DNA of 64,000 nucleotides from Alphaproteobacteria bacterium (GCA_045593845.1 JAZNXK010000011.1:11111-75110); one strand, 5' to 3'. Shown: positions 37,564 to 48,527, counted from the stretch's first letter. Notes: a model not told the origin generated them from the sequence alone. Numbers and translations are program-made.

Positions 37564-38667
37564 ATGGTTAAAATTTTATCAAAAGAAAAAGTTATGATTG
37601 TTTTAGGAATAGAAAGTAGTTGTGATGAGACAGCGGCGGCAATAGTGAATGATAAAAAAGAAATTTTATCTGAAGTCGTTTTATCTCAAGAGGAACATAA
37701 AGTTTTTGGCGGGGTTGTGCCGGAAATTGCGGCAAGATCACATTTGGATCATATTGATGACATAATTGCTCAAACATTTGAACGAGCAAAAATTAGTATG
37801 AATGATATTGATGCGGTTGCTGCAGCATCAGGCCCTGGATTGATAGGAGGGGTTGTTGTTGGTGTTATGGCCGCCAAGGCCATGGCTTTAGCTTTGAACA
37901 AGCCTTTTATTGCCGTAAATCATTTGGAAGGGCATGCGTTGGTTTCGAGACTTACTAATGATGTTAATTATCCCTATTTGTTATTATTGGTATCCGGCGG
38001 ACATTGTCAAATTTTGGTGGTCAAAGGTCCTGGTGATTATCAGAGACTGGGAACAACGATTGATGATGCGGCAGGAGAAGCGTTTGATAAAGTTGCAAAA
38101 ATGCTAAAGCTAGGTTATCCGGGGGGACCTATGGTGGAAAAAATGGCTGCAATAGGTGATGAAAACAGGTTTTGCTTACCCCATCCGTTAAAGGGTTCAG
38201 GCGATTGTAATCTGTCATTTTCAGGATTAAAGACTGCTGTCAGAAAAATTATCGAATCGTACGGAGATAATAATATTGAGGAGGTTGTTTTGCCCAGAAA
38301 AGATGTCGCAGATATTTGCGCGTGTTTCCAAAAAACAGCTTGCGAATGTTTGTTGGATAAACTTGAAATGGCAATAAATTATTTTAAGAAAAATTATCCT
38401 GAAGGAAAAGACGTTGTTGTTGCCGGTGGTGTGGCGGCAAATGTTTATTTGCGCGAAAAAATGCAAAATTTGGCAAGCAAAAAAGGATTGTTTTTTGCAG
38501 CTCCGCCGTTGCGGTTGTGCACAGATAATGGAGTTATGATTGCATGGGCAGGGTTGGAAAGATTGCAAAAGGGCTTTATTGATGATTTGGACTTTAAGCC
38601 CAGGCCGAGATGGCCTTTGGATTTTGAGGCGCCAAAGGCTGCCGGAGCAGGAGGAGTAAAAGCATGA
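37564..38667 (+). CDS. tsaD: tRNA t6A37 N6-threonylcarbamoyltransferase TsaD
   Basis: Motifs LGIESSCDETA, NHLEGH and SGGH. The more likely start is MIVLGIE at 37594. Confidence 0.95.
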   Translation: MVKILSKEKVMIVLGIESSCDETAAAIVNDKKEILSEVVLSQEEHKVFGGVVPEIAARSHLDHIDDIIAQTFERAKISMNDIDAVAAASGPGLIGGVVVGVMAAKAMALALNKPFIAVNHLEGHALVSRLTNDVNYPYLLLLVSGGHCQILVVKGPGDYQRLGTTIDDAAGEAFDKVAKMLKLGYPGGPMVEKMAAIGDENRFCLPHPLKGSGDCNLSFSGLKTAVRKIIESYGDNNIEEVVLPRKDVADICACFQKTACECLLDKLEMAINYFKKNYPEGKDVVVAGGVAANVYLREKMQNLASKKGLFFAAPPLRLCTDNGVMIAWAGLERLQKGFIDDLDFKPRPRWPLDFEAPKAAGAGGVKA

Positions 38668-39299
38668 GAAAAAGTAAAGAAATTTTGGAGATTATGCAAA
38701 TTTTTGCCGAAGCAAATCCTGAACCGAAAAGCGAGCTTGAATATACTAATGCATACACACTTTTGGTTGCGATTATTTTATCGGCACAAAGCACTGACAA
38801 AGGGGTTAATAAAGCAACAAAAGAACTTTTTAAGGTTGCTGATACGCCGCAAAAAATGTTGGCTTTGGGTTTGGATGGTTTGAAAAATTATATAAAAACC
38901 ATAGGACTCTTTAATAATAAGGCAAACAGTATTATAAGCATGAGCCAGAGTTTGGTTGAAAAGTTCGGAGGTGAAGTTCCTTGCGGACAGACAGAATTGG
39001 AAAGCTTGGCCGGAGTAGGGCATAAAACAGCTAATGTTTTGAGAAATGTTTGGTTTGGAAAACCGACAATGGCGGTGGATACGCACGTTTTCAGGATTGC
39101 ACATCGGCTTGATTTCAGCCAAGGAAAAGATGTTAAAGAAGTTGAGAAAGATTTATTAAGTGTTTTACCAGAAAAATATTTAATGTATGCCAATCATTGG
39201 TTGGTTTTGTTCGGCAGATATGTTTGCAAAGCACAAAAGCCGGATTGTGAAAAGTGTCCGATTTCAAAATATTGTTATTGTCAAGATAAAAGAATCTAG
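38664..39299 (+). CDS. nth: Endonuclease III
   Basis: HhH-GPD motif LAGVGHKTANVL. C-terminal Fe-S cluster motif CKAQKPDCEKCPISKYC. Confidence 0.9.
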   Translation: MRKSKEILEIMQIFAEANPEPKSELEYTNAYTLLVAIILSAQSTDKGVNKATKELFKVADTPQKMLALGLDGLKNYIKTIGLFNNKANSIISMSQSLVEKFGGEVPCGQTELESLAGVGHKTANVLRNVWFGKPTMAVDTHVFRIAHRLDFSQGKDVKEVEKDLLSVLPEKYLMYANHWLVLFGRYVCKAQKPDCEKCPISKYCYCQDKRI

Positions 39300-40576
39300 A
39301 TTTTGCACCAACCTTTAGCAGCACGTGACCATAGAAGATTGTTGTTTTGGTTCGGATAGGCAATAATGCCGCAAATTGTCGGTGTTTTGCAACCGGTAGT
39401 TTGCGGGGTAGAATAGGGAAGGTTATTAAGTTTGCATCGAGCCATGTCGGCAAAAATTCTTGCTTCCATATATTTAGCATTAAACCCGAAATCATCTGAC
39501 CATAAAACTTTGGCTTTAGGATTTGATATTTGTGAGAATATTTCTTGGTGTTGAGGTAAAATGAAAGATTTTTGATGAATAATATTTTTAAAATCATCAA
39601 AGATTATCGGGTTGTTCCATCCGCCGCCAAAAACCAAGAAATATTCCGGTGTTTTATAGTGTAAGTATTTCAAACTGAAAGCCATAATGTAGGCGCTGAA
39701 AAATTCTGCTGTTCTTACTTTGTCGTTGAAAGGTATAGAATCGTCTTTGAGTGGTGAAAAATCATACCAAGCAGGATCGGCAGATTTTGGAGGTGCTTGT
39801 AAAATAAAGTTTTGTTTTTTGGCATTTAAAACACTGTTATTAAACAGGTTGTTTAATAAAGTTGGATTTATTTTTCCTTGCTTTCCATATTTTCCATCAA
39901 AATCGCAGGATTCATTTTTTTCTGTGCGTGTGAGTGTATCAACAAAATGGTTGAAAGGACCACAGTCCCATCCGATAACTTGATTGTTGTGTATAGAAGC
40001 TATATTTCCGGTGTTGCCGCCATTGCAGAAAATTACAGATTTTAATTTTAATGCTTGGCATAAATGTAAGTTGTGTATAGGTGCAAGCGGGGCGGCTTCG
40101 CCGCCATTTATTATATCATCAGAACGAAAGTCAAATACAACAGGTGTATTTGTTAAATTACTAAGCTGCTGTCCGCTGCCGATTTGCAAAGTATTGGGTT
40201 CACGTTTTTTTCCGGCAATAGATGGTGGAAAGTGGTAACAAGTTTGTCCGTGAAAACCTATAGCGGTAACACTTTGTGGAGATATACTGTTTTTCTCAAG
40301 CATAGTATTATAAGCGGAGGCAACCAAATGAATATATCGATTATGTAAATTATTAAAAAAATCGGATTGAGCATGATGGACAAAGTTTATATCACCATTA
40401 TTATTGATGAGTACTTGTTTTAATTTGCGAAAATCTTCGGCAATATCCATAGGAATAGGCATACTATAACTGCATATATCTTTGATAGAATCGTTATCAA
40501 AGCTTGTCAAAACGACATCAATAGCATCGAGAGAATTTCCGGTCATAATGCCGGCATAAAGGTTTTGTTTGCTCAT
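39296..40576 (-). CDS. anmK: Anhydro-N-acetylmuramic acid kinase
   Basis: N-terminal GIMTGNSLDAIDVVL, and GGGWNNP near the C-terminus. 426 aa. Confidence 0.8.
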   Translation of the reverse strand: MSKQNLYAGIMTGNSLDAIDVVLTSFDNDSIKDICSYSMPIPMDIAEDFRKLKQVLINNNGDINFVHHAQSDFFNNLHNRYIHLVASAYNTMLEKNSISPQSVTAIGFHGQTCYHFPPSIAGKKREPNTLQIGSGQQLSNLTNTPVVFDFRSDDIINGGEAAPLAPIHNLHLCQALKLKSVIFCNGGNTGNIASIHNNQVIGWDCGPFNHFVDTLTRTEKNESCDFDGKYGKQGKINPTLLNNLFNNSVLNAKKQNFILQAPPKSADPAWYDFSPLKDDSIPFNDKVRTAEFFSAYIMAFSLKYLHYKTPEYFLVFGGGWNNPIIFDDFKNIIHQKSFILPQHQEIFSQISNPKAKVLWSDDFGFNAKYMEARIFADMARCKLNNLPYSTPQTTGCKTPTICGIIAYPNQNNNLLWSRAAKGWCKI

Positions 40577-40624
40577 TTTGCCTCTTAAAAATGTTTTTGA
40601 TAATGATATTATGTTTTTTTATTG

Positions 40625-40653
40625 TTGACAATATACATTTTTGACAATATAAG
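40625..40653 (+). promoter_or_regulatory. Candidate strong sigma70 promoter of rpmH-rnpA-yidD-yidC
   Basis: TTGACA (40625..40630), a 17-nt spacer, then TATAAG (40648..40653). The motif TTGACAATATA occurs twice in tandem, at 40625 and 40641. Confidence 0.5.
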
Positions 40654-40720
40654 TCTGCATGAACCCGAGAACTTTGAAAAATCAAAGTTTTAAATAACTA
40701 TAATAAACCGGAGATTAAAA

Positions 40721-40855
40721 ATGAAAAGAACATATCAACCTTCTAAATTGGTAAGATCACGTCGCCATGGTTTTCGTGCTCGTATGGCAACTCAGGGCGG
40801 ACGTAAAGTTTTGGCTGCTCGCAGAGCTAGAGGGCGCGTAAAACTTTCTGCTTAA
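40721..40855 (+). CDS. rpmH: 50S ribosomal protein L34
   Basis: My own translation gives [44 protein letters not shown]. At 44 aa it is below the track size cutoff. GGAG lies upstream. Confidence 0.95.
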   Translation: MKRTYQPSKLVRSRRHGFRARMATQGGRKVLAARRARGRVKLSA

Positions 40856-40866
40856 TAGGGCGTAAA

Positions 40867-41241
40867 ATGCCTGAGTTTTCCGTATTAAAGAAAAGACGCA
40901 GTTTTGTTAGGCTTACAAGAGGTGCTTTTTGTGTTGCCACAAGAACTTTAGTTTTACAGGCAATGAAGAGTGAGGCGGAAAATTTATCGGGAAAGCCTAG
41001 AGTTGGTTATACAACTACAAAAAAAATAGGTAAAGCTCATACCAGAAACAGATGTCGTCGTCGGCTGCGAGCCGCGACGGCATTGTTTTTTGCTAAATAT
41101 GCAATCCCTAATTATGATTATGTTTTGGTTGCGCGTTACACCACAGAAAAAGCAGAATTTGTGACAATATGTGAAGATTTAGTATATGCATTAAAGAAAG
41201 TAAAAGAAAATTTTGCAAATTCAGAAGGTAAAGGCGGTTAG
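40867..41241 (+). CDS. rnpA: RNase P protein component
   Basis: Basic protein with the RNR-like motif [17 protein letters not shown]. Located downstream of rpmH. Confidence 0.85.
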   Translation: MPEFSVLKKRRSFVRLTRGAFCVATRTLVLQAMKSEAENLSGKPRVGYTTTKKIGKAHTRNRCRRRLRAATALFFAKYAIPNYDYVLVARYTTEKAEFVTICEDLVYALKKVKENFANSEGKGG

Positions 41242-41242
41242 T

Positions 41243-41491
41243 ATGCTGGAAAGAGTAGTAATCGGATTGGTAAAAGGATATCAAAAGTTTTTATCTCCAC
41301 TTTTGCCGAGTGTATGCCGATATCAGCCGTCATGCTCTCAATACATGATAGAAGCGATTCAAACCTATGGGGTTTGTAAAGGTGTATTTTTGGGTATTAA
41401 AAGGATTTTACGGTGCCATCCATGGGGGGGTAGCGGATATGATCCCATTGTTCCCAAAACTGACGATAAAACGGATAAAAACTTGCAATAG
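41243..41491 (+). CDS. yidD: Membrane protein insertion efficiency factor YidD
   Basis: Motifs [22 protein letters not shown] and [11 protein letters not shown]. The start was moved to MLERVV, directly after the rnpA stop. Confidence 0.85.
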   Translation: MLERVVIGLVKGYQKFLSPLLPSVCRYQPSCSQYMIEAIQTYGVCKGVFLGIKRILRCHPWGGSGYDPIVPKTDDKTDKNLQ

Positions 41492-41545
41492 TTATAAATA
41501 TTGCTATATTTTTAGGAAAAACAACAGAAAAACGGGAATATTTTT

Positions 41546-43189
41546 ATGAAAGAGGATTTAAAAAGCTTTTATTTGGCAGTTATTTTGTCTTTAGCCATTA
41601 TTTTTGTAAGTAATCAGTTCTTTTCAAAAAAGCAAGTGCAGACTTCTGAACAACAAACAGAAGAAGTAGCGGTTGTTGAAACTAAAACAGAAGAAAGTGT
41701 GGAAGCGCCTGAATTTGAAGCTCTTGAGGATATATTATCGGCATCACCGAGAGTGGGGATTGATAACAATGCCGTTAGTGGCAGTATTCGTCTTAAAGGG
41801 GCTAGAATCGACAATCTTACACTTAAAAAATATAAACAAACATTAGAGAAGGATAGCCCTGATGTTGAGTTGTTATATCCGGCAAAAACAAAAAATCCTT
41901 ATTATGCAGAGTTTGGCTGGTTGTCGGCGGATAAAAGTATTAAATTACCTAATTCGGAGACAATATGGTCTGTAAGAGGCGAAAAATTAACTACAAAAAC
42001 TCCACTAATCTTGGAATGGGATAATGGCGAAGGACTTCGTTTTATAACAAAGTTCAGTGTAGATGATAATTATATGTTTTCTGTTGAGCAATCAGTGGAG
42101 AATAATACGGAGGATAATATTACGTTATTTCCCTATGGTGTGATTGCTCGTTCACCGGAAGAAATTACCAGAAGTATTGTGCACGAAGGGCTTATCGGTG
42201 TGTTCAATGATAAGCTTGAAGAAGTTGATTATTCGGATTTGAAAAATAAAAATAAAGAATATGATACGGAAAGAGGATGGTTTGGTTTTTCGGACAGATA
42301 TTGGTTTTCTGCCATAGTTTTAAAACAATCGGCAAAAGTTAAATTTTCAAAAAGTGGAAATTTATATCAAACTGATTTTGTAGGAAAAGCGATAGAAGTT
42401 GCTTCCGGTTCAGTTGCCACTGCGCAAGATATGTTATATGTAGGCGCCAAAGAAATTAAGCTCTTGGACAGATATACCAAAGATTTGAATATCAAAAAGT
42501 TTGATTTGGCAGTTGATTTTGGTTGGTATTACTTTTTAACCAAGCCGTTTTTCTATATTTTGGATTATCTGTATAAATTTATCGGTAATATGGGGTGGGC
42601 AATTTTGCTTTTTGCCGCACTGTTAAGACTTTTAATGTTTCCGATTGCCAATAAGTCGTTTGAAAATATGGCAAAAATGAAAAAACTGCAGCCTAAATTA
42701 AAAGATTTGCAAGAAAAATATGCCGGGGATAAATTGAAGATGCAACAAGAAACGATGTTGCTTTATCAGAGAGAAAAAATAAATCCGGCATCGGGGTGTT
42801 TGCCGATGTTTATTCAAATACCTGTTTTTTTCTCTTTGTATAAAGTTTTGAATATAGCCATAGAGATAAGACAGGCTCCGTTTATCGGTTGGATTAAGGA
42901 TTTATCTGCGCCGGATCCGTTGCTTATTTCGCAATGGTCACATCTACCTATACCGGCATTTTTTGATATTGGTATATGGCCTATTATAATGGGAATTACA
43001 ATGTATGTTCAGCAAAAAATGAACCCTGCTCCGGCAAATAAGGACCAAGCAAGAATGTTTGCGTTAATGCCTTTGATTTTTATGTTTATGATGGGGCATT
43101 TTGCTTCAGGATTGGTTATATATTGGTCTTTCAGTAATTTGCTCTCTATTGTTCAGCAAAGAGCAATCATTATCAAAAATAAGGGGTAG
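41546..43189 (+). CDS. yidC: Membrane protein insertase YidC
   Basis: N-terminal TM helix, a large periplasmic domain, and a C-terminal 60-kDa insertase core (MAKMKKLQPKL...GCLPMFIQIPVFFSLY). Confidence 0.95.
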   Translation: MKEDLKSFYLAVILSLAIIFVSNQFFSKKQVQTSEQQTEEVAVVETKTEESVEAPEFEALEDILSASPRVGIDNNAVSGSIRLKGARIDNLTLKKYKQTLEKDSPDVELLYPAKTKNPYYAEFGWLSADKSIKLPNSETIWSVRGEKLTTKTPLILEWDNGEGLRFITKFSVDDNYMFSVEQSVENNTEDNITLFPYGVIARSPEEITRSIVHEGLIGVFNDKLEEVDYSDLKNKNKEYDTERGWFGFSDRYWFSAIVLKQSAKVKFSKSGNLYQTDFVGKAIEVASGSVATAQDMLYVGAKEIKLLDRYTKDLNIKKFDLAVDFGWYYFLTKPFFYILDYLYKFIGNMGWAILLFAALLRLLMFPIANKSFENMAKMKKLQPKLKDLQEKYAGDKLKMQQETMLLYQREKINPASGCLPMFIQIPVFFSLYKVLNIAIEIRQAPFIGWIKDLSAPDPLLISQWSHLPIPAFFDIGIWPIIMGITMYVQQKMNPAPANKDQARMFALMPLIFMFMMGHFASGLVIYWSFSNLLSIVQQRAIIIKNKG

Positions 43190-43191
43190 TT

Positions 43192-43833
43192 ATGGAAGAT
43201 AGCTTTGCTGAAGAAGAATTAAAATGCGGAAAAAAACTTTTTTCAAATGAGTGCTCTTTTGTTTTGGGGGTGGCTAATCTCTCGCAATTGCCGATTGATG
43301 ACAGAGAAGAAATTGCGTTTGCCGGCAGATCAAATGTTGGAAAATCAAGTTTGATAAATGCACTAACCGGAAGAAAGACATTGGCAAAAACATCAAATAC
43401 TCCGGGCAGAACGCAGCAGCTGAACTATTTTATGCTAACCGACAAGTTATATCTTGTTGATATGCCGGGATATGGTTTTGCTCAAGCACCTGAGGCATTG
43501 GTAAAAAAATGGCAAAAAATGTTGTTTGCTTACTTACAAGGCAGAGTTAACTTAAAAAGGGTATTTTTGCTGATAGATTCTAGACATGGAATTAAAAAAG
43601 TCGATGCCGAAATTATGGATATGTTAGATAAAGCCGCCGTAAATTATCAGATTGTTTTAACCAAAGCCGATAAAATTTCAGCTAAAGAATTGGAAAAAAT
43701 TGTGTCAAAAACAAAGGAAAGTATTAAAGAGCGTCCGGCTGCTCATGTTGATTTATTGATTACCAGTTCGGAAAAAAAATATGGTATTGATGAATTGAGG
43801 GCGGAAATTGCCAAGTTAGTCAATTATTGTTGA
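43192..43833 (+). CDS. engB: Ribosome biogenesis GTPase EngB/YsxC
   Basis: Motifs GRSNVGKSSLINAL, DMPGYGF and TKADK. Confidence 0.9.
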   Translation: MEDSFAEEELKCGKKLFSNECSFVLGVANLSQLPIDDREEIAFAGRSNVGKSSLINALTGRKTLAKTSNTPGRTQQLNYFMLTDKLYLVDMPGYGFAQAPEALVKKWQKMLFAYLQGRVNLKRVFLLIDSRHGIKKVDAEIMDMLDKAAVNYQIVLTKADKISAKELEKIVSKTKESIKERPAAHVDLLITSSEKKYGIDELRAEIAKLVNYC

Positions 43834-44718
43834 ATTAACATTTACCAACACCATTAAGCAAATCAAAAATGCAATCATACTAAAGCCGGCTTTTACGGAT
43901 ATATTGTCGGGGATTTTGTTGTATTTGTTTAAGCCAAAAACAAAAAGAGGTGCAGTTAGCAAAATTGCGGTTACATACCCGGGGTTTGCGGCTATGCGTA
44001 GAGCTAAAGTTTTGCCAATTATTAGGACACTGCTGAAAGCAATAACATAAAATGTGGCATGACACTTATGGGAAGAGAATACCTGCTGCCAAAAATATTG
44101 AAAAGTTGGTTTTTCTTTTTTTATATACCAATAGGCATTTAAGGTGCCGCTGATAAAGGTTGAGACTGTCAGATAATAGGCTAGGGAGGCATAAACAGAA
44201 GAGCCGAGCAGGGCAATCTGTTTGGTGGCAATACTCATACCGGATAAAGATAATATAGCAGGAAGCATATAATTTGCGAGTTTACGAGATACTGGAGTTT
44301 TTATCATTTGCCAATAGCTTATGGTAAATCCTATCAATAAAAAAATGATTATAATTATCACGGTATTGTTTTGAACCATTGTTTGAAAAGTCGTAGGGGT
44401 TAAAATCCACCAAAAAATTGTTGTGACTATGGCTGTTAAGGCCATTATGCGTGAGGTAGGCCCGGCGCCATAGTGTGCAGAGGCAAAAAATAAATGAGAA
44501 TCATAAATTGCAATCATAATTCCTTGAGCTATCAGCAAGGACCAATAAAAAACTGATTTTGGAAAGGGAAATAAGAAACAAAAAGAAAAGAATATTACGG
44601 CAATGCCCCATCCACGCCAAATACCCAGTAAATATGCGTTTAGTTTATAATGCTGGTTAAAAATGGTATAAATGGCGGTAAAAAATGCATATATGAGGCT
44701 ATAAAAAATCCAGAGCAT
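43816..44718 (-). CDS. Polytopic membrane protein (about 10 TM helices), possibly a DMT/EamA-like transporter
   Basis: The hydrophobicity pattern only; no diagnostic motif recognised. Confidence 0.35.
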   Translation of the reverse strand: MLWIFYSLIYAFFTAIYTIFNQHYKLNAYLLGIWRGWGIAVIFFSFCFLFPFPKSVFYWSLLIAQGIMIAIYDSHLFFASAHYGAGPTSRIMALTAIVTTIFWWILTPTTFQTMVQNNTVIIIIIFLLIGFTISYWQMIKTPVSRKLANYMLPAILSLSGMSIATKQIALLGSSVYASLAYYLTVSTFISGTLNAYWYIKKEKPTFQYFWQQVFSSHKCHATFYVIAFSSVLIIGKTLALRIAANPGYVTAILLTAPLFVFGLNKYNKIPDNISVKAGFSMIAFLICLMVLVNVNSTIID

Positions 44719-44779
44719 AAAAATTCCTTTCTATAAGAAAATATGCTCTGGATGTTAAAATTAAAAGGTTATAAAAATT

Positions 44780-45109
44780 TTATTTATAGGACTCCAACCA
44801 AGAAACAATGGCAGATTGGGGATTAAAGCCTACTTTAGTATCAACTTGTTTTCCATCCTTAAATAAAAACATTGTGGGTATGCTTCTAATACCAAAGCTT
44901 GCGGCTGTGTTGGGAGAATCGTCAACATTCATCTTGCAAATTTTTACTTTGTCACCCATGGTTTTATTTACTTCTTCAAGAACCGGTCCGAGTTGACGAC
45001 AAGGACCGCACCATTCTGCCCAAAAATCTACCAAAACCAAACCTTTGCTTTTGAGTACTTCATTTTCGAATTGTGAATCGTTTATTGATAACATGTGTTT
45101 TCCTTTCAA
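44780..45109 (-). CDS. trxA: Thioredoxin
   Basis: Active site WAEWCGPCRQL. The likely start is MLSINDSQ at 45094. Confidence 0.9.
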   Translation of the reverse strand: MKGKHMLSINDSQFENEVLKSKGLVLVDFWAEWCGPCRQLGPVLEEVNKTMGDKVKICKMNVDDSPNTAASFGIRSIPTMFLFKDGKQVDTKVGFNPQSAIVSWLESYK

Positions 45110-45188
45110 AATGGTATGTGTCAGATATTTATATAAATATTATGACATAGATATTAAAGGATAAATTGATAAAAACAACGATTATTTA

Positions 45189-48100
45189 TTAAATTTTCAT
45201 CATAAAGGCATTATTGGTCCATAAAATATATGTTTCAATCTCTTTTTGAGGATAAATTTTTTGCAAAAGTGCTTTATAATCGGAAAGTTGCGAAAGATAA
45301 ATCTGCGGAACTTCGTCTACGGTTTGAGGAGTATTGCGATTTGTTTTGTAATCAACAATAATGATTTTTTTATCGGTTATAATTAGCCTGTCAATTTGTC
45401 CTGAAATGATTTTTTCGTTTATTTCCCCCATGATAGGCACTTCTGCTTGAGAGTTTGCTCCAAAAACAATACCAAAATCAGGATTATTTATCAGAGAAAT
45501 TATGTCATTACATATATTATTGCGTTCCTCTTCCGAAAAATCGGGAGCAATGTTTTTGAGATATTTTGTTATTGCTTCTGATTGTTTATCCTTGTAAATA
45601 TCGGGAACAAACTGTAAAAGTTTGTGAATAATTGTACCTCTCTTATAAAGAATTGTATCATCAACAATATGAAGCGGAGATATAGCTGCAGGTTCTTCGT
45701 CCGGTTTTGAGGGAGTTAGCGGTTTGGAAAGCGGCTTTTCACTTTCTGCGGGAACGAACATAAAATCGGGAATGTTATCTTCCGTATCATAATTTGGAGC
45801 AATTTTTTTCTCTTCAATTTTTAGCAGTTGTTCATTTTTATAAATCCAAACGTTTTTATTATTATCGGCAAATTTAGTAAAAATATTTTTGAAAATGCTA
45901 TACCAAGAATTATCGGGTATTTTATTTTTTTTCTTAAATCCGCAGAAAATCATTGTATCTTCGGCTCTAGTTGTTGCAACATAGAGCAAGCGGCGGTATT
46001 CTTCTAACATCTTATTGTTTTGTTTGTTTTTTAAATTGTCACAAACATCATCAAAATCAGCGGCGCGGTTGGGATATAAAAATAAATCACCATCCCATAA
46101 AAATTCTGAACCGCGGCTTGAACTCGGAACCCTTGTAGTATCGGGTAAAATAACAATAGGAGCTTGTAATCCTTTTGAGCCATGAACAGTCATCATACGA
46201 ACCATATTATTCTTTGATTGTTCCATTTCTCTTTTTATTTCAACATCATCTTCGCAAATCCAATTAATAAAATTTTGCAGTGAAGCAATATGTTCTTGCT
46301 CAAAAACAAGACTTAAGTTTAAGAATTCATCAATACCGTCCTCTGCCTCATATCCCATGCGCTCAAAATATTTTTTGCGTCCGCCGTTTTTGCTTAAAAT
46401 ATAAGTATAAAGCTCGAAAGGCCGCATATTATCGGCAAGTTTTAATAAGTTTAACAATATTTCAGTTGTTTGAGAATATTTTTTGTTTTTTGTTAGGGAT
46501 GTCCATAAGGTTCCGTTCCTTTGATAACAAAGCTCAAAAAGATCATCATCATCAAGCCCGAATAAGGGAGATTTTAGAACTTCGGCAAGACTTAAATCAT
46601 CTTCCGGTAACAGTAAAAATTTACCGAGACTCACCAAATCTTGAACGGCGATCTGCTCCATAAGTTTAATTCTGTCGATGCCGGAAATATTTATGTTGAG
46701 ACTTTTACACTCACGGATGAATTCTTCACAAAACGCATCTCGGCTACGAACAAGAATAAGAAAGTCTCCGTATTGTAAAGGGCGATTTTGGGAAACAAGA
46801 AGTTGATTTGAAGTTACCAAATCTTTTATTTTATGGGCAATCATTTGTGCCATTTGAGAAGAAGTTGAAACTTCTTGTGAGTTTTTTATAGGAAGTCGCC
46901 ATGAGTCATCAGTTTTTGTGTCTTCAGGCTCTATACATTCCCAAAATTCTACGCGACCGGCTTCACCTTTGCGAAAAGCAATGTGTTCCACATCCTCATT
47001 AATTGAGGTTACCCCTTTTCTGACGTTTTCATCTGCAAAAAGTTGGTTTACGGTATCTAAAATTGCATCTGTAGATCTAAATGACACATCAAGATTTACT
47101 TTGATAAAATCAGGAGAAAGTTTGGCAAAATGCTCACGCATTTCATCAAATTTATCAGGATCGGCTCCTTGAAAACTGTAAATTGATTGTTTACGGTCAC
47201 CGACGGCAAAAATTGTTCTCGTGTTTTCCGAAGCGCCAAGTCCGGCAAAAAATTCATCACTGATGGCGCTTATAATTGCCCATTGATCAGGAGAAGTATC
47301 TTGTGCTTCGTCTATCAAAATATTGTCGATACCTCCATCAAGTTTATATAATACCCATTTTGCGGCATCTTTTTTTTCTAGCAGATTTTTGGTTATTAGG
47401 ATCATATCATTATAGTCAAGTTTGGCCCGTGTTTGTTTAAATTTTTTATAGTTATCGATAAGTTCTGTTGCCAAAATTATAACTGCTTTGGTAGATTGAT
47501 AAACATTATATGATTTTATTTTTTGTATGGCAGCAAGGCAACGATTTCCTTCGTTAATAAAAATTTGTATTAGTTGTTCATCTTGTTTTAGTTTTTTATT
47601 TTTTGAAATGCTTCTGATTTCGTTTTCTTTAGTGAGAAAAATACTAAAATATTGTTCGTATTTTGAAATATCATAAGTTTGTTCAAGCCAAGTAACCAAA
47701 TCGTTGTATCCTGCATCAACGAGTTTATACAGGTCTTCTTTAGGCATAAGATCGAAAAATTCTTTCATGATTTTTTCGATGGATAAATCATCAGCAATGT
47801 TCAGTTTTTTTGAAACGGCATTAAGCAGATTTTGTTTGCCGTTGAATTCGGTGATAGATTTTTCTACTTTGCTGCGGTTGTTTATTATGTTATCTATAAC
47901 TTTTGGGAAAGAGTATTCGCTGATTGCTGAAGTTATGTAGTTTATGGCTTTGCCGATTTTACTTTCGGGGGAATTTTGAGCGGTGGTAAGAATTTTGTTT
48001 TTTATTTCAGTTATAGCTTCTAAAGAACCACGATCGTCCAAAACTTCAAAATATGGAGAAACGTTGGCTTCAAGAGGAAATCTTTTTAATATTTCTTGGC

Positions 48101-48527
48101 AAAAACTGTGAATTGTTTGAATTTTTATACCGCCGGGAGTGTCAAGTAAAACGGCAAAAAGTTGCCGAGCCTTGGCTTTAAGTTGTGTTAGCAATCTGCT
48201 GTCACTCGGGAGCTGTCCGTATAGAGACAGAAGTTCTTCTTCAAGCTTGCTGTCACTCATTATTGCCCATTGAGAAAGTTTTTTAGCAACTCGTGTATTC
48301 ATTTGCACGGCTGCGGCTTTTGTATATGTCAGACATAAAATTTTAGCAGGATTTGTCCCGTTTAGTAAAATACGGAGAACACGATCTGACAGAACTTTAG
48401 TTTTTCCTGTTCCGGCAGAAGCTCCAACCCAAACGGATTTTTTCGGGTCGGCAGCTAAACGTTGTTGAATGGTTGCTTTTTGTGACAAATTTTCACGTTG
48501 TGATAAAATATCGTTATTATTCGTCAT
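45189..48527 (-). CDS. addA: Double-strand break repair helicase-nuclease AddA
   Basis: UvrD-type Walker A ASAGTGKTKVL and helicase motifs. The C-terminal PD-(D/E)XK motif is GQIDRLI...IVDYKTN. Confidence 0.9.
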   Translation of the reverse strand: MTNNNDILSQRENLSQKATIQQRLAADPKKSVWVGASAGTGKTKVLSDRVLRILLNGTNPAKILCLTYTKAAAVQMNTRVAKKLSQWAIMSDSKLEEELLSLYGQLPSDSRLLTQLKAKARQLFAVLLDTPGGIKIQTIHSFCQEILKRFPLEANVSPYFEVLDDRGSLEAITEIKNKILTTAQNSPESKIGKAINYITSAISEYSFPKVIDNIINNRSKVEKSITEFNGKQNLLNAVSKKLNIADDLSIEKIMKEFFDLMPKEDLYKLVDAGYNDLVTWLEQTYDISKYEQYFSIFLTKENEIRSISKNKKLKQDEQLIQIFINEGNRCLAAIQKIKSYNVYQSTKAVIILATELIDNYKKFKQTRAKLDYNDMILITKNLLEKKDAAKWVLYKLDGGIDNILIDEAQDTSPDQWAIISAISDEFFAGLGASENTRTIFAVGDRKQSIYSFQGADPDKFDEMREHFAKLSPDFIKVNLDVSFRSTDAILDTVNQLFADENVRKGVTSINEDVEHIAFRKGEAGRVEFWECIEPEDTKTDDSWRLPIKNSQEVSTSSQMAQMIAHKIKDLVTSNQLLVSQNRPLQYGDFLILVRSRDAFCEEFIRECKSLNINISGIDRIKLMEQIAVQDLVSLGKFLLLPEDDLSLAEVLKSPLFGLDDDDLFELCYQRNGTLWTSLTKNKKYSQTTEILLNLLKLADNMRPFELYTYILSKNGGRKKYFERMGYEAEDGIDEFLNLSLVFEQEHIASLQNFINWICEDDVEIKREMEQSKNNMVRMMTVHGSKGLQAPIVILPDTTRVPSSSRGSEFLWDGDLFLYPNRAADFDDVCDNLKNKQNNKMLEEYRRLLYVATTRAEDTMIFCGFKKKNKIPDNSWYSIFKNIFTKFADNNKNVWIYKNEQLLKIEEKKIAPNYDTEDNIPDFMFVPAESEKPLSKPLTPSKPDEEPAAISPLHIVDDTILYKRGTIIHKLLQFVPDIYKDKQSEAITKYLKNIAPDFSEEERNNICNDIISLINNPDFGIVFGANSQAEVPIMGEINEKIISGQIDRLIITDKKIIIVDYKTNRNTPQTVDEVPQIYLSQLSDYKALLQKIYPQKEIETYILWTNNAFMMKI

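Noticed and set aside
38227-38800. Minus-strand ORFs antisense to tsaD/nth (38227..38568, 38445..38699, 38594..38800)
   Set aside because: They are antisense shadows of well-supported genes.
39133-39600. 155-aa minus-strand ORF spanning the nth/anmK junction
   Set aside because: It is out of frame with anmK and antisense to nth. Both real genes are strongly supported.
40577-40720. The rpmH-upstream gap considered as the replication origin, as in many bacteria where dnaA-rpmH flank oriC
   Set aside because: No dnaA gene is adjacent and the gap is only 144 bp. No DnaA-box-like 9-mers were seen. The tandem TTGACAATATA motifs are well explained as a strong rpmH promoter.
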